This document shows positions 25,329-37,839 of a stretch of DNA of 64,000 nt, in pieces; within the stretch, counting starts at the first letter, position 1, and each line of letters opens with the position of its first letter. The stretch is taken from NCBI GenBank assembly GCA_951406725.2, contig OX597833.1, forward strand, positions 8,928,001 through 8,992,000, in the 5' to 3' direction. Position numbers and translations under genes: made by a program. This stretch comes from Octopus vulgaris. Lineage: Eukaryota. Under the pieces are notes generated by a model. That model had not been told where the DNA came from. It searched no databases and saw nothing but the letters and a program-made list of their open reading frames with translations.

Positions 25329-27362
25329 CAAAATGACATTAAAAACTTTTTTTCTTTTTTGGTAATTCGTCTTTAGAAAGTTGATCCTCGGTTTGGCTGT
25401 TGTTTCTAGCTTGTCGGGTTTCCGGTTGGGGCGTACTTAAAAATTGAAAACTGAAAATCCCCAAAACATGTTCTCATTCTTTGCCCCTCTGGCAAATAAA
25501 AAAAGGGGGTGGGGGAATTTTACTTTCTGTCATAGGGTGGAGGGGAGGTGTGTTTATTTTTTTGGAAAAATTGAAATTTTACAATTTTAAGAATCATAAT
25601 CCCCGTAGGATCTACATATTACGCCAAAAGGTATTTCTAAAATAAGTGGAAAAAATGAAGAAATTGGTGGTGGGGGGTTTAAATTTTTAAATTTTTTTCT
25701 TCTTTGGTAATTCGTATTAAAATTTAGAAAACTTGTTTCTAGCATTGTCAGGATTTCTGTTTAAATACTTTTTGCATCTGCTATTTTATAATTCTATGCG
25801 TGTGTGAAACATTAGTAGAGAAAACACTTTAATTTCACTTCTTGTCATAGGGTGGATGAGAGGGTGGTGTTTATTTATTTATTTTTTTTTGACAGGTAGA
25901 TTTTTTTTGCAGATTCGGAATCTCCACCCTCGATATAGTGTGTTCCTGTAAAAAAAAAAAATCCCATGATCTTTGCCTCCACCTTTTTTATGACAAATTC
26001 CAGAATAATCATAATCTGCTTTTTGAAAAATAATTGTTTTGAATTTATGAAAGTTTCATCTTTTCATAGTTGTCAACTCCAATATTTAAAGAAATGGCAT
26101 GGGGCAGTGAGCTGGCAGAATCGTTAGCAGGCTGAGCGAAATGTTTAGCAGCATTTCATCTACTATTACATTCTGAGTTCAAACTCTGCCAAGTTTGACT
26201 TTGCCTTTCATCCTTCCAGGGTCGATTAAATAAGTACCAGTTACACATTGGGGGTCGATGTAATTGACTTAAACCCTTTGTCTGTCCTTGTTTGTCCCCT
26301 CTATGCTTAGCCCCTTGTGTGCCATAAATATTTAAAGAAATATAAATCTAAAAACCTCATCATAAATGAAATAAGTTACGGAAAGATGGATTAGGATGCA
26401 AAAATTTTTTTATTTTTTTAAAGACAATCTGAGATATTTAAAAGGTAGATCTGAAGAAAAATTCTTTTCATAAAAGATTAAAAATTTTTTAAAATTATAT
26501 GGTGAGGGGTAAAGAAAACCCTGAAAAATAATGGAACGAGGATATATTCGTTTGATTTTTAAAATCGCAGTCTACGATGCTCAAAGCATCCAAAAGTACA
26601 TAGGGTTTTGGATGCATTTGATAATTTCAGACTCTATTCTGTATGATTAGCTCACATACCTACTGTGACCATCTCGTTATTAGGCAATCCATTCCCTGGT
26701 TTAACACCAGTGCCCAGCCCTTAGATGTCCTCTTGTGGAAATCCACTCTGTTGAATGCGTTTAGACCAGATCTCTGATCTGAGGACACATCATGAATGTT
26801 GGTTGGCGCACATGCTAGAGATGTAACCCGACCCCTTCAACCTACTAAAAAAAAATTCTTTTTTTTATTACAGAAACCCACGTTTTCGGCTCTGGAGATT
26901 CTGATTCAGAAATCTATAAAGCAGCAAAATTACTGGAGGACTACATCTTACACTATCTGAAATGTATTTGTAGAAAATTTCATAAAAGAATACCCATTTT
27001 TCTGAAAGTTATGAGGAAAAAAAGCCAACTTGTGTGAATTTTCTGATATTCTTCTCCCTGCCCCCAGAAAAACTTTCCCCACAACAAATTCTGATCTAAT
27101 CCGAATCTACACCATTGAAAGCATATTTGTAGAAAATTTCATTTGAAAATATCCATCTTTCTGGAAGTTATGAGGAAACAAAGTTGATAATTTCATTTCA
27201 TTTGATGACGGATGATGAATTTGTTCTTTTTCTTCCCAATACTCACAACATTCCCCTCCCCTTTTTGTTAAAATTCAACAGAGTTTAAAAGTGTGTGGCC
27301 TGTTGGGTAGGAGTTTGGACCTACAATTATAAGGTGATGGTTTCGATTTGCAGACTGGGTGA

Positions 27363-27997
27363 GTGAGCCGCTCTCCGGCTATCTATCTGCGGCTTTATAT
27401 AGCTATGGTAAGACCTCACCTGGAATTTGCATCACCGGTCTGGAACCCCTATCTTGCCCAGGACATTAATCGTCTGGAAACTGTTCAGCGACGTGCAACC
27501 AAAAGAATACCCTCCATCAGGCATTTGCCATATCTTGAACGCCTTACTTCCCTGGGCATGGACACATTGAAACTCCGACATCTGGCAGCTGACTTGGCAG
27601 ACACCCATAAAATTATCAACCATCGCACAAACAATAACTCTGAGCACCTTTTCAAACTCCACCCATCTAACACCCGTGGACATATTTACAAAGTAAGAAA
27701 ACAGCACAGCTCCCATGACTTCAGGAAACATTTTTTCACGCTGAGAGTTGCTGAAGCATGGAACAAACTGCCGGCATCAGTTGTTAGTTGTCGGAGCACT
27801 GCATCCTTCAAAACTTCCATGCTTCCTGAGATTCGCCAACACTACACTTGATTTTCTCCCCTCCATACACACACAAGCATGTTCACTTTCCAGACATTTC
27901 TACATTACTGCATGTACTTTATATGCACTTTCTGACAAGTTGTGGTGCACCTGAGCACTGTATACAATAATTTCATAATTATTATTATTATTATAAT
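27363..27997 (+). mobile_element. CR1/L2-type LINE 3' end
   Basis: MVRPHLEFASPVWNPY...LETVQRRATK...TRGH...FFTLRVAEAWNKLP; (ATT)n tail. Confidence 0.9.
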
Positions 27998-28288
27998 TGA
28001 AATACTCTTGGCAGTGTTTTGGATCAGGATGCCCACATAAGTGGGATTATCTCTGTTTTGATGGGGATATTTCTGTTTTATTCTCTTTATTCTCTTCACC
28101 ACAACTTCAAAAATGATGGTGGAATGGTGGTGGATGAAAAAAGTTTTGAAAATTTATGATTTTTTTCATCCCCCCGCCCCCATCCCCAGACCAATTTTGA
28201 CCAATTTTTTGTCTGGAAAATCACAGAAACCTTCTTGGTTAAAAAAAAATTTTTTTGGAAAATATTTTCAGACTAAAAGGTGTGTGAT

Positions 28289-28515
28289 TTAACCCTTTAG
28301 TGTTTAAACCGGCCATATCTGGCCCAGATATTCTACATGTTTTATATTCAAACTGGCAATATCTGACCTCTCACACCTACCTGACAATGTCATTCTAAAT
28401 ATAAACAATCACATCATTGAAACCTCAAAGATATAAGATAATGCATGATTAATTCAAAACATTTGAGTGGAAAAGTATTACATTTAACAGAGTAATCTGA
28501 ACACTAAAGGGTTAA
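28289..28515. mobile_element. piggyBac-type MITE
   Basis: TTAA at both ends; perfect 12-bp TIR CCCTTTAGTGTT / AACACTAAAGGG. Confidence 0.85.
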
Positions 28516-28569
28516 GGGAGATTTGGTTGTTGTTTCTAGCACATCGTATGATCACCTTCCTCATATGTA

Positions 28570-28920
28570 TGTACACCAATGTTCCATGGTAGTAAGACAT
28601 GGGCCTTGAATGCAGAGGAGATGTGAAGAGTCGAGAAGAATGAAGCTAGCACGCTCCACTGGATGTGCAATGTTAGTGTGTATATGTATGACAGTGTGTT
28701 AGTGTATTGGGAGACAAAAATAGGCATAAGAGAAATCAGAGAAGACTGTGTGGGTTTGGCCATGAGAATGAGGAGGGTAGTTGCATAAAGAAGTAGATGG
28801 AACTTGAGGAAAAGGAATACATGGGACAAAGTATTGATGGCTGAGCTCAAGATGCTGAGCCTTATGGAGTTGAAGAACTGAAATGATTGGCATTTTGTTG
28901 TGCTGAAAATGACTTGCCTG
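28570..28920 (+). mobile_element. Degraded RTE LINE fragment
   Basis: [24 protein letters not shown] similarity to the other RTE copies. Confidence 0.7.
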
Positions 28921-29089
28921 TCACAGCAAAAACTTATATCCTAAAACCACTTGTTTATGCTTATATGTACATGTAAGGCTCTTAGGAATATAAGAAAAGA
29001 AAAAAAAGAACAGAAATATATGTGGAACTGGGAAGAATTTAAGTGGGGGTCATTTCACAGATGCTTTCCAATTGGCCCATTTTGGCCGA

Positions 29090-29380
29090 GTTAGAGAGAG
29101 CACCACCTTCAAAGCCACAGTGAGCAACCACTACTCCAAACAAAATCCAACAGTGTCGTTAACTCAGCTTATATACAAGCTCAGGAATGAATCAATTTCT
29201 TACACTTTAAAGTGGTCCATAGTCACCCATGCTAAACCGTATACCAGCGATATAACAACAAGTGTGATCTTTGCAGAGCTGAAGTCTTGTCCATTATGCA
29301 ATCCACCGATTGTCTGAATGAACGCAATAGCATAATTTTTACATGTCACAAATTATGTAACCTATTTTCAAAATACAAAT
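29090..29380 (+). mobile_element. Penelope-like element GIY-YIG C-terminal fragment
   Basis: FKA..SNH....SLTQLIYKLRNESISYTLKWSIVTHAKPY motif resembles PLE endonuclease tails. Confidence 0.6.
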
Positions 29381-30404
29381 AACAACAATCCCCCACTCCA
29401 CCCTGTGTCCTTCCCTAACTTCCCCCCCACTGCCCTCATAGATATTCCCCTTTAGTTATCCTTATAACCACCAATCTTTAACCACTCCATTATTCCCTAT
29501 AACTCCATATATTTTCTATCTATTTATTTCTATCTTGCCTTACTCCCTATACCCTAAAAATTCTATTAATTTGTCTTCCTCCACACCCATCACCACCCCC
29601 TTTCTAAACTTACAAACACATACACCTCTACTAGATCATACAGTACACACACACACACACTCCTTAATTCTTAAATTATAGTCATCACTGCCATTACACC
29701 TCTTCTCTACACTTTCAATTTTACTTCTATGTCCTCTCTCTAAGCAAACCTTTTTCTTCCCTTTCAACACAAATACTTTTTCCTCTCCCCTTCTCTCCTA
29801 TTCAAATACCACTCCTTATTCCCCCCTCTCTCTTTCTGGCTTGGTCTGAATGTCCCCATTGAAAACCATCTGTGAAATGACCCACTTTGCCACTTACATT
29901 CTTTACTTGTAAACTTTCTCAGTCCTTTATATATTGCTTCTTCTTTTTTTTCTTTTCTTATATTTCTAATTTCATCATCATCATCGTTTAACGTCCGTTT
30001 TCTGTGCTAGCACGCTCTTCATAATTATATTCTCCACTCAAACTATGCTTTCTATGCATTCTGATTGAATCCTCCATGTGTTAACATGGGTCTCCTAACA
30101 ACAAGTTAAAACTTCATATAATCAAGATACCCTTGGCCTGAAGAGTAGCCTGCAGTATACACCTTGCTTGGCTATTTACTATTTCTGAGGTTCCTCTTGT
30201 TATGAAACATATGTAGCCTGGAATAATCTACTCCATTTTTTAACTCTTGGATTTTTATATAATATGTATGTGTATATATATATATATATATAATAGCTGA
30301 AGAAATTTCTTTAGCTGCTATTTCTAATGAGTTCAGTATGTGGCAAAGTAATTTATTTTACTAAGCCCTTATATATAATGTAATATATATATATATATAT
30401 ATAG

Positions 30405-30547
30405 ATTAGAGGGAAATCACTATGTGGACACCCATATGCTAGAAATAGATCTGATATGGTCTCACTACTAAGAAATGTTCTTAGTGGTGAGACCGTAGCG
30501 GATCTATTTCTAGCAAATGAGTGTCCACATAGTGGTTTTCCTCTAAT
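30405..30547. repeat. 143-bp foldback (70-nt arms, 3-nt loop), MITE-like, between (TA)n tracts
   Basis: The left arm equals the reverse complement of the right arm at 62 of 70 positions. Confidence 0.92.
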
Positions 30548-30679
30548 ATATATATATAATACAATTTTACTGAGCCTTCAGTTTTTATATGCTTGACTAC
30601 TGGTGTGAAATCGATGTTAATTAAATTAATATCTAATTTCTCACCCTCATTTTAAATTTATATATATATATAAGTGAAG

Positions 30680-31056
30680 ATCAAAATCAAAATCGAAATT
30701 GAAATCTTTCAACATCAATGGAAATTGTAGCTGAGATACCAATGCCGGTGGCACGTAAGAGAACCGTCCGAAAGTGGCCGTTGCCAGCGCCGCCCCAACT
30801 GGCCTCCGTGCCGGTGGCATGAAAAAGCACCATCCGATTGTGGCCGTTGCCAGCCTCGTCTGGCCCCTGTGCCGGTGGCACATAAAATCACCCACTACAC
30901 TCTCGGAGTGGTTGGCGTTAGGAAGGGCATCCAACTGTAGAAACACTGCCAGATCAGACTGGGCCTGGCGCAGCCTCCTGGCTTCCCAGACCCCAGTCGA
31001 TCCGTCCAACCCATGCTAGCATGGAGAACGGATATTAAACGATGATGATGATGATG
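30680..31056 (+). mobile_element. RTE LINE 3' UTR/tail
   Basis: Near-identical to the reverse complement of 7725-8180; (ATG)n tail. Confidence 0.88.
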
Positions 31057-33321
31057 ATATATATATACACACTCACATACACACATTTAATCTTTATATA
31101 AACATACAAAAATATTCTTCATCTATCTACCTGGTCTTCATTTTGTGTTGATATTAGCGTTATTTTGTTTGGCCAAGCACAGGTTTCATAAATATAATTC
31201 TTCTTCGTTTGCTATGATTTTGGACAAGTTTAAGAAAGTTTCAAACCATGTTAATTTGGTGATATTTCATTTTATGATCCAGAAAGTAAACCAAGTGAAG
31301 TTGGTAGTGGTAGTTGTTGGTCACAAACCAGCAACAAAACAAAAATGAAAAAGTTGTTTTCTTTGAAATGAAATAAAACTGATACAAACCTGCCATAACA
31401 ATAGAGTCACTGGAAAAACCTGATTTATTTCTGTTGAAGGCTTTTAATTTATCTTATAATATTTTAAATAAAGTAAAATATAAGAATTAGACTGGATAAC
31501 CCTATGGGAAAACCTTTAACTGATGCCACTAAAACAAATAATAGAAGGTAACGCAGTGGGATATCAGAGCTGAAAAAAGGAAGGATCTTATCTAATAATT
31601 TGGTCCTGTCTGCAGACACCTTCAAAGTTTTGCATCCGAATATGTGTGGTGAGTCAGCAAACACCTTGGCTCGTTACAGGTACACCACTGAATTATTAAT
31701 TAATCTTAATGGTGCAAGAAAGTTAATTGTATTTTGTATTCATTGTAATGATACAAAAATACCATGTAATATAATTCCTTTCAGTCGACACATTGCTATT
31801 GATGATGCTGTCTGCAGTTCTCACAGGCACCAGTCAGGCAAAAGGATTGACCTATTTCTTCTATACCTCGATTTCAAAATAAACTTTTAGTTTTCGAAGA
31901 AAAACATACTTCCAGTTTCATTTCAGAACAGGTTTTATTGAAATATGAAATATAATGAAATGATTGTATACAGTGCTCAGGTGCATCACAAATAACGTTG
32001 AGAACTACTCAACATTATTTTACTTTCACTTTATTATGTCACCCATTGCCGAGTTCAGTGGTTTCACTTTCTGCATCATAAAATGAAAGGTCGCCCTTAA
32101 TTTTATTAATCATAACAATTTGTTCGTTCCCCTACTCCTAACAACCTGCTCAGAAATTTATAAATAGGGGACATTCTGTCACTGACACCGTTCCAGGCAG
32201 CATCCCCAACCTGTAGCACAGAATGGATGTTTCATAAATGGAAATTCACTGAGCTTCTGGCTATTTTGCCCACATTTTCACTCCATTTCCACCATTCCAT
32301 CTTCTGAATGCAGAAACCTTTTGAACTGGAGATTTAATTCAAACACCAGGTTAGTAAACCCGTTCGCTATTTTGGAGCAGAAACCCGACTCCAGTTGGAC
32401 TCAGACCAAACATTCTCCTTTCATTGACAATCTCTTCGTTTGTTTTAAATTAATTCATCGAAACCAATATTAAAAACGACCAGCATTCATAGTAGAAAGT
32501 GAATAAAATTCCAATATCTGAATGTAAAACCATTTCGTCAAAAGTCCAAAGTCAACAATTTTCTTTTGTGTGAAAAAGCCATTGTTTCTTTGTTTAATAA
32601 TTCCGTTTTAAAGTTAGTTGTCCATTAAATTGACTGAGAGCGAAGAAAATTCTGTTTTCTAGGGAATTGAGGAATATTATTGCAAACCTTTAAAATATAT
32701 GCGAAAACTAAAGAGGGTCTCTGTGCTTTTTGTGTGTGTGTAACGCCACCAGGAAGCATTGGCTCAGAGTCTGCTACTAATTGGAGGTCGGTGCTCGGCA
32801 ATGAACGATGTTGTCGAAATTCATGGCAGGAGGAGAAATGAGGCGATCGCTTTACAAACACAGAGGATGATGCTTTGGTCATATTGAAACTGTGTGTGTG
32901 TGTGCGCGCCCGCACACACACACACACACACACACACATCTGTGCGTGCGCGTAAGATGCACTTGCGTATGTGCGTGTATCTAACTGTATACATAATGCT
33001 TGTGTGTGTATATAGACAGAGAGGGAGGGAGAATATATGATGTATGTGTTTATATATACATATTTAATATATATAAACACACATACTAAGGCATGGCCGC
33101 AGTCAAATGACTGAAACATGTAAAAGAATATAATGCTTGTGTTTATATACATCCTCGCGCGCGCGTATATATATATATATAATATATACCCCCCCCACAC
33201 ACACACACAATGCGTGTGTTTATATGTAATCGGACAGTTACCTAACACTCCGTTGAACCCCCAGTGCGAAACCGATTTGTAATATCGGCCGAAATGTATA
33301 TACAATACCATACACTTCGAT

Positions 33322-33363
<42 letters not shown>

Positions 33364-33846
33364 AGGAATGACCACCTGGTGGATTCCTAATATAATATAA
33401 TTTTCTTATTTTTTTAAATATGCTAGGCCACTGGTTTAAATTGAGATTAATTTAATTAATATTAATTTCTACCCTCATTATTTCATTTATATATATGTAT
33501 GTATATAAATACGCATTTGTGTATGAGTGTGCATGCAAATCCATGTATGTATCATTAAAGATAGAATTGTTATATATCTGATTAAACGAAAGCAAAACAT
33601 GGCTTATTGCAGATATGCGTCCATTGCATAACATATTAGGATAACATAACGACAATTTGTATTGTTATGTAACCAGCTCGTTTCGCCAGGTGATATTAGG
33701 ACAAACATTTTCGCTGAAATACGATGACTCTGAAGTAATGTGTCTTCATCTTAAAGAGAAATGGTCAAATCATCTTGAAAGAAAACAGACAACTTGCTAT
33801 ATATATAATAAATCTCTAAGCGAGGTATAAACAGTAGCTGCAACAC

Positions 33847-33996
33847 ATCGTGAAGTATATTTGTCACTTAAATGTGTCCTATCACAGAAAGTGTGCCAAT
33901 AGCCAGCTGGAGGAGGTGTCCTCCTGGGGCTACAAGCTACAGTAGCATCCACCCTTAGGGGTTAGCCACAGTTATGTGACAAATATACTTCACTAT
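33847..33996. mobile_element. MITE-like element
   Basis: Perfect 18-bp inverted repeat GTGAAGTATATTTGTCAC (33850-33867) / GTGACAAATATACTTCAC (33976-33993), extending imperfectly. Confidence 0.7.
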
Positions 33997-34808
33997 CTAT
34001 CTATCTATCTCTCTCTCTATATATATATATATATGTGTGTGTGTGCACGACGGGCTTCATTCAGTTTCTGTCTCCCCAATCTACCCAAGGCTTTTGGTCA
34101 ACCTGGGTGTATAGTGGAAAACATGTGTCCAGGATACCACCAACAGGACTGAACCCAAAACCATGTGATTGGGAAGTAAACTTAATACTCCCCCACACCT
34201 GATATCTTGAGGTGTGTCTCTGTGCATTGTATGTCAATACGTAGGATCAATATTAAGCATCTGCCTCCTGTGATGTCATCAGTCGGACAGTTTGAGGGGT
34301 TCGAAGGGGTCGGAGGACTGTGTGAAACTCCAAATGTCTGCTTCGGCATAATTTCTACAATTTGAGGCCCTTCTTAATGCCAATCACCTGAGGTTATTAT
34401 TTTTCGTGGCACTGGCACCAGTGAGGCCATCTTGCAACTTGCAAGACTCATAACTAAAAGAGAAGAGAGTGATGATTTTTGGTAACGAGATGAGAGGAAA
34501 AGATTTCTAGTTGCGAGAGGGTGGTGGTGGTGGGGAGAGAGACTTCATACTGTTGGCCGGGTGTAGAGAAAGGAAAAGGAGAGGCATGTGGAATGAAGGG
34601 TTTGTTAGGCAAGGGGACAAAGTGGGTTGTGTTGACAGGTCCAGGGCTACCTTGTGTTATAAGGTAAGTATATGGGGGGGGTAGGAGGACATAAAAGGGA
34701 GAAAAAGACAAGGTTGGCTAAGAACTAGGTGAGTTCTGCTGTTAGGGTAACTTTCAATGCCAAAATTCGGGACAAGCCCCTCCAGGATTTTCCAGATGTA
34801 TATCAGTG

Positions 34809-35932
<1,124 letters not shown>

Positions 35933-36142
35933 TAGGTACACAGAGCTATTTTCAGTTTTAGTATCTAAGATATACATACATATATATATATACTGGGTCT
36001 TCCATAAGTAAAGCATTTTTTTTATACATCTTCAATACCAATGCTCCATCGATTATGTTTGAAATATTGGTGGGGAGGCTTTCCTACACATGTCTGCCCC
36101 TCCTGACTTTGTTCCCTCATAACTTCCAGAAAAATTGGTGGG

Positions 36143-36562
36143 CTCAGTGGCTGTGTGGTAAGTAGCTTGCTTACGAACCACATGGTTCCGGGTTCAGTAC
36201 CACTACGTGGCACCTTGGGCAAGTACCTTCTACTATAGCCTCGGGCCGACCAAAGCATTGTGAGTGGATTTGGTAGACGGAAACTGTAAGAAGCCCGTCG
36301 TATATATATATATATATATATATATACATACATACATATATGTATGTGTGTATTTATGTTTGTGTGTCTGTGTTTGAACCCCCAACATCGCTTGACAACC
36401 GATGCTGGTGTGTTTACGTCCCCGTGACTTAGCTGTTCGGCAAAAGAGACCAATAGAATAAGTACCAGGCTTACAAAGAATAAGTCCTGGGGTCGGTTTG
36501 CTCGACTAAAGGCGGTGCTCCAGCATGGCCACAGTCAAATGACTGAAACGAGTACAAGAGTA
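36143..36562 (+). mobile_element. Full-length tRNA-derived SINE with internal microsatellite
   Basis: A/B-box head GTGGCTGTGTGGTAAG...GGTTCAGT, core CCTTGGGCAAG, tail GTCAAATGACTGAAAC; partial copies at 23080-23245, 34045-34190, 39440-39580, 45215-45350 and 54685-54825. Confidence 0.88.
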
Positions 36563-37729
36563 AATGACACGTCGCATATATCTACAAAATGAAACTTGAA
36601 ATTTCGTTTGAAATTGTGATGTTTGTCAGTATGTCTGTGTGTGTGTGCCCACTATTTTCCTTTTTACATCAAATTCCCATATAATCGTAACTTACATTCT
36701 CTGAAATGTATACGCAGAAAATTTCATTAAAAAATACTTATTTTTCTGAAAGTTAGGACGAAACAGAAGCCCGTTCCCGCCTGCAGAAAAGTTTTTTCTT
36801 TTCCGCCACAAATTATGATAATCGATAGCTACTCCATCCGAAGCATATTTGTAGAAAATTTTATTCAAAAATATCCATTTTTCTGGAAGTTATGAAGCAA
36901 CAAACCCGGGGGCAGGGGCCACATGTGTAAGCAGGCGCGGTCCCAGGTATCTTTCGAAGGAAATACAATTCCAGGAGATAAGGGCGTAAAAACATTATTT
37001 AGAAGGGCACACTTCTTTTCTTCGGGTGAGGTACGTGCCCCTCAGCCCCGTCCCCTCTCTTGGGTCCGCTCCATGTAGGAATGGTTTTGTTTTTATATAT
37101 GTAAGGATTTGTTTTATTGGCACATGGTCAGACATTTCGAGGTAGAGCCGTATTCGATCTCTGTACCCCAGGACTCGGCTAGTGTTTATTTGACCCGTGA
37201 CTCTATCGGTTATCTCCCTTGCCTGCTAGGCGACCGTTTTGGAACCCGCCTTCGGAGCCGTTGTCACTTTCAGTTCAGTTGCAGCTGATCTGGCGACCTC
37301 GTAACAAGGGGAAATCAACTGAGATGTTCTTTGTACCCCCAAAACCACAACTATTAACCAAAACCATGTTTTTTCTTAGTTTTATTGCTAATACTCGAAA
37401 TTAGTTGTAAATATGTTGTTATTGTGGCACCTCACTTCCTTGTCAGTCGTGACCCAGCAATGCTTTTGATCAAAGAGTATCCAGTCGTGACCATCCATCT
37501 TATAGTCATGCTCACTGTATGTAGACAGGAATATGATTAAGAAAATTCATGATCAAGTACATTATCCGATATTCTTTCATTTGTGTGACTTGAAAGAGAT
37601 ATAGCTGTTATTTCTAGCAAGTCGAGCGAACCTGTAAACTCTGCCACCAAATGGTTATTTTGGATGTCTTGCTTTTCTTCGTTATTTCTGTTGTTACATT
37701 TATACCTGTGAGAAATTACTTTCATTGCG

Positions 37730-37839
37730 TGTTCCAACCCGGAGACTGGTGTTGGAGAGTTTACACTAAATTTACAGTGTTTTGTACTTACTTCTTAAAT
37801 GTTGCCCGCTTTGAGGTCGGCCTTCCAGTAGATGGCTAG
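37730..37839 (+). other. Putative non-coding first exon of the RBCK1-like gene (start approximate)
   Basis: Strong TAG|GTGAGT donor at 37840 in a CpG-richer unique region (37200-38050). An in-frame TAG precedes the 44980 exon, which implies ATG 44992 is the start. Confidence 0.5.

Noticed and set aside
31495-31655. HLQSFASEYVW reminiscent of a Merlin/IS1595 transposase C-terminus
   Set aside because: Too short and stop-interrupted to support without a search.
32625-33311. 228 aa minus-strand ORF
   Set aside because: Runs through CA/TA microsatellites and a SINE tail; no recognisable domain.
36143-36215. tRNA gene
   Set aside because: The A/B boxes belong to a SINE head that continues into the SINE body; no clean cloverleaf.
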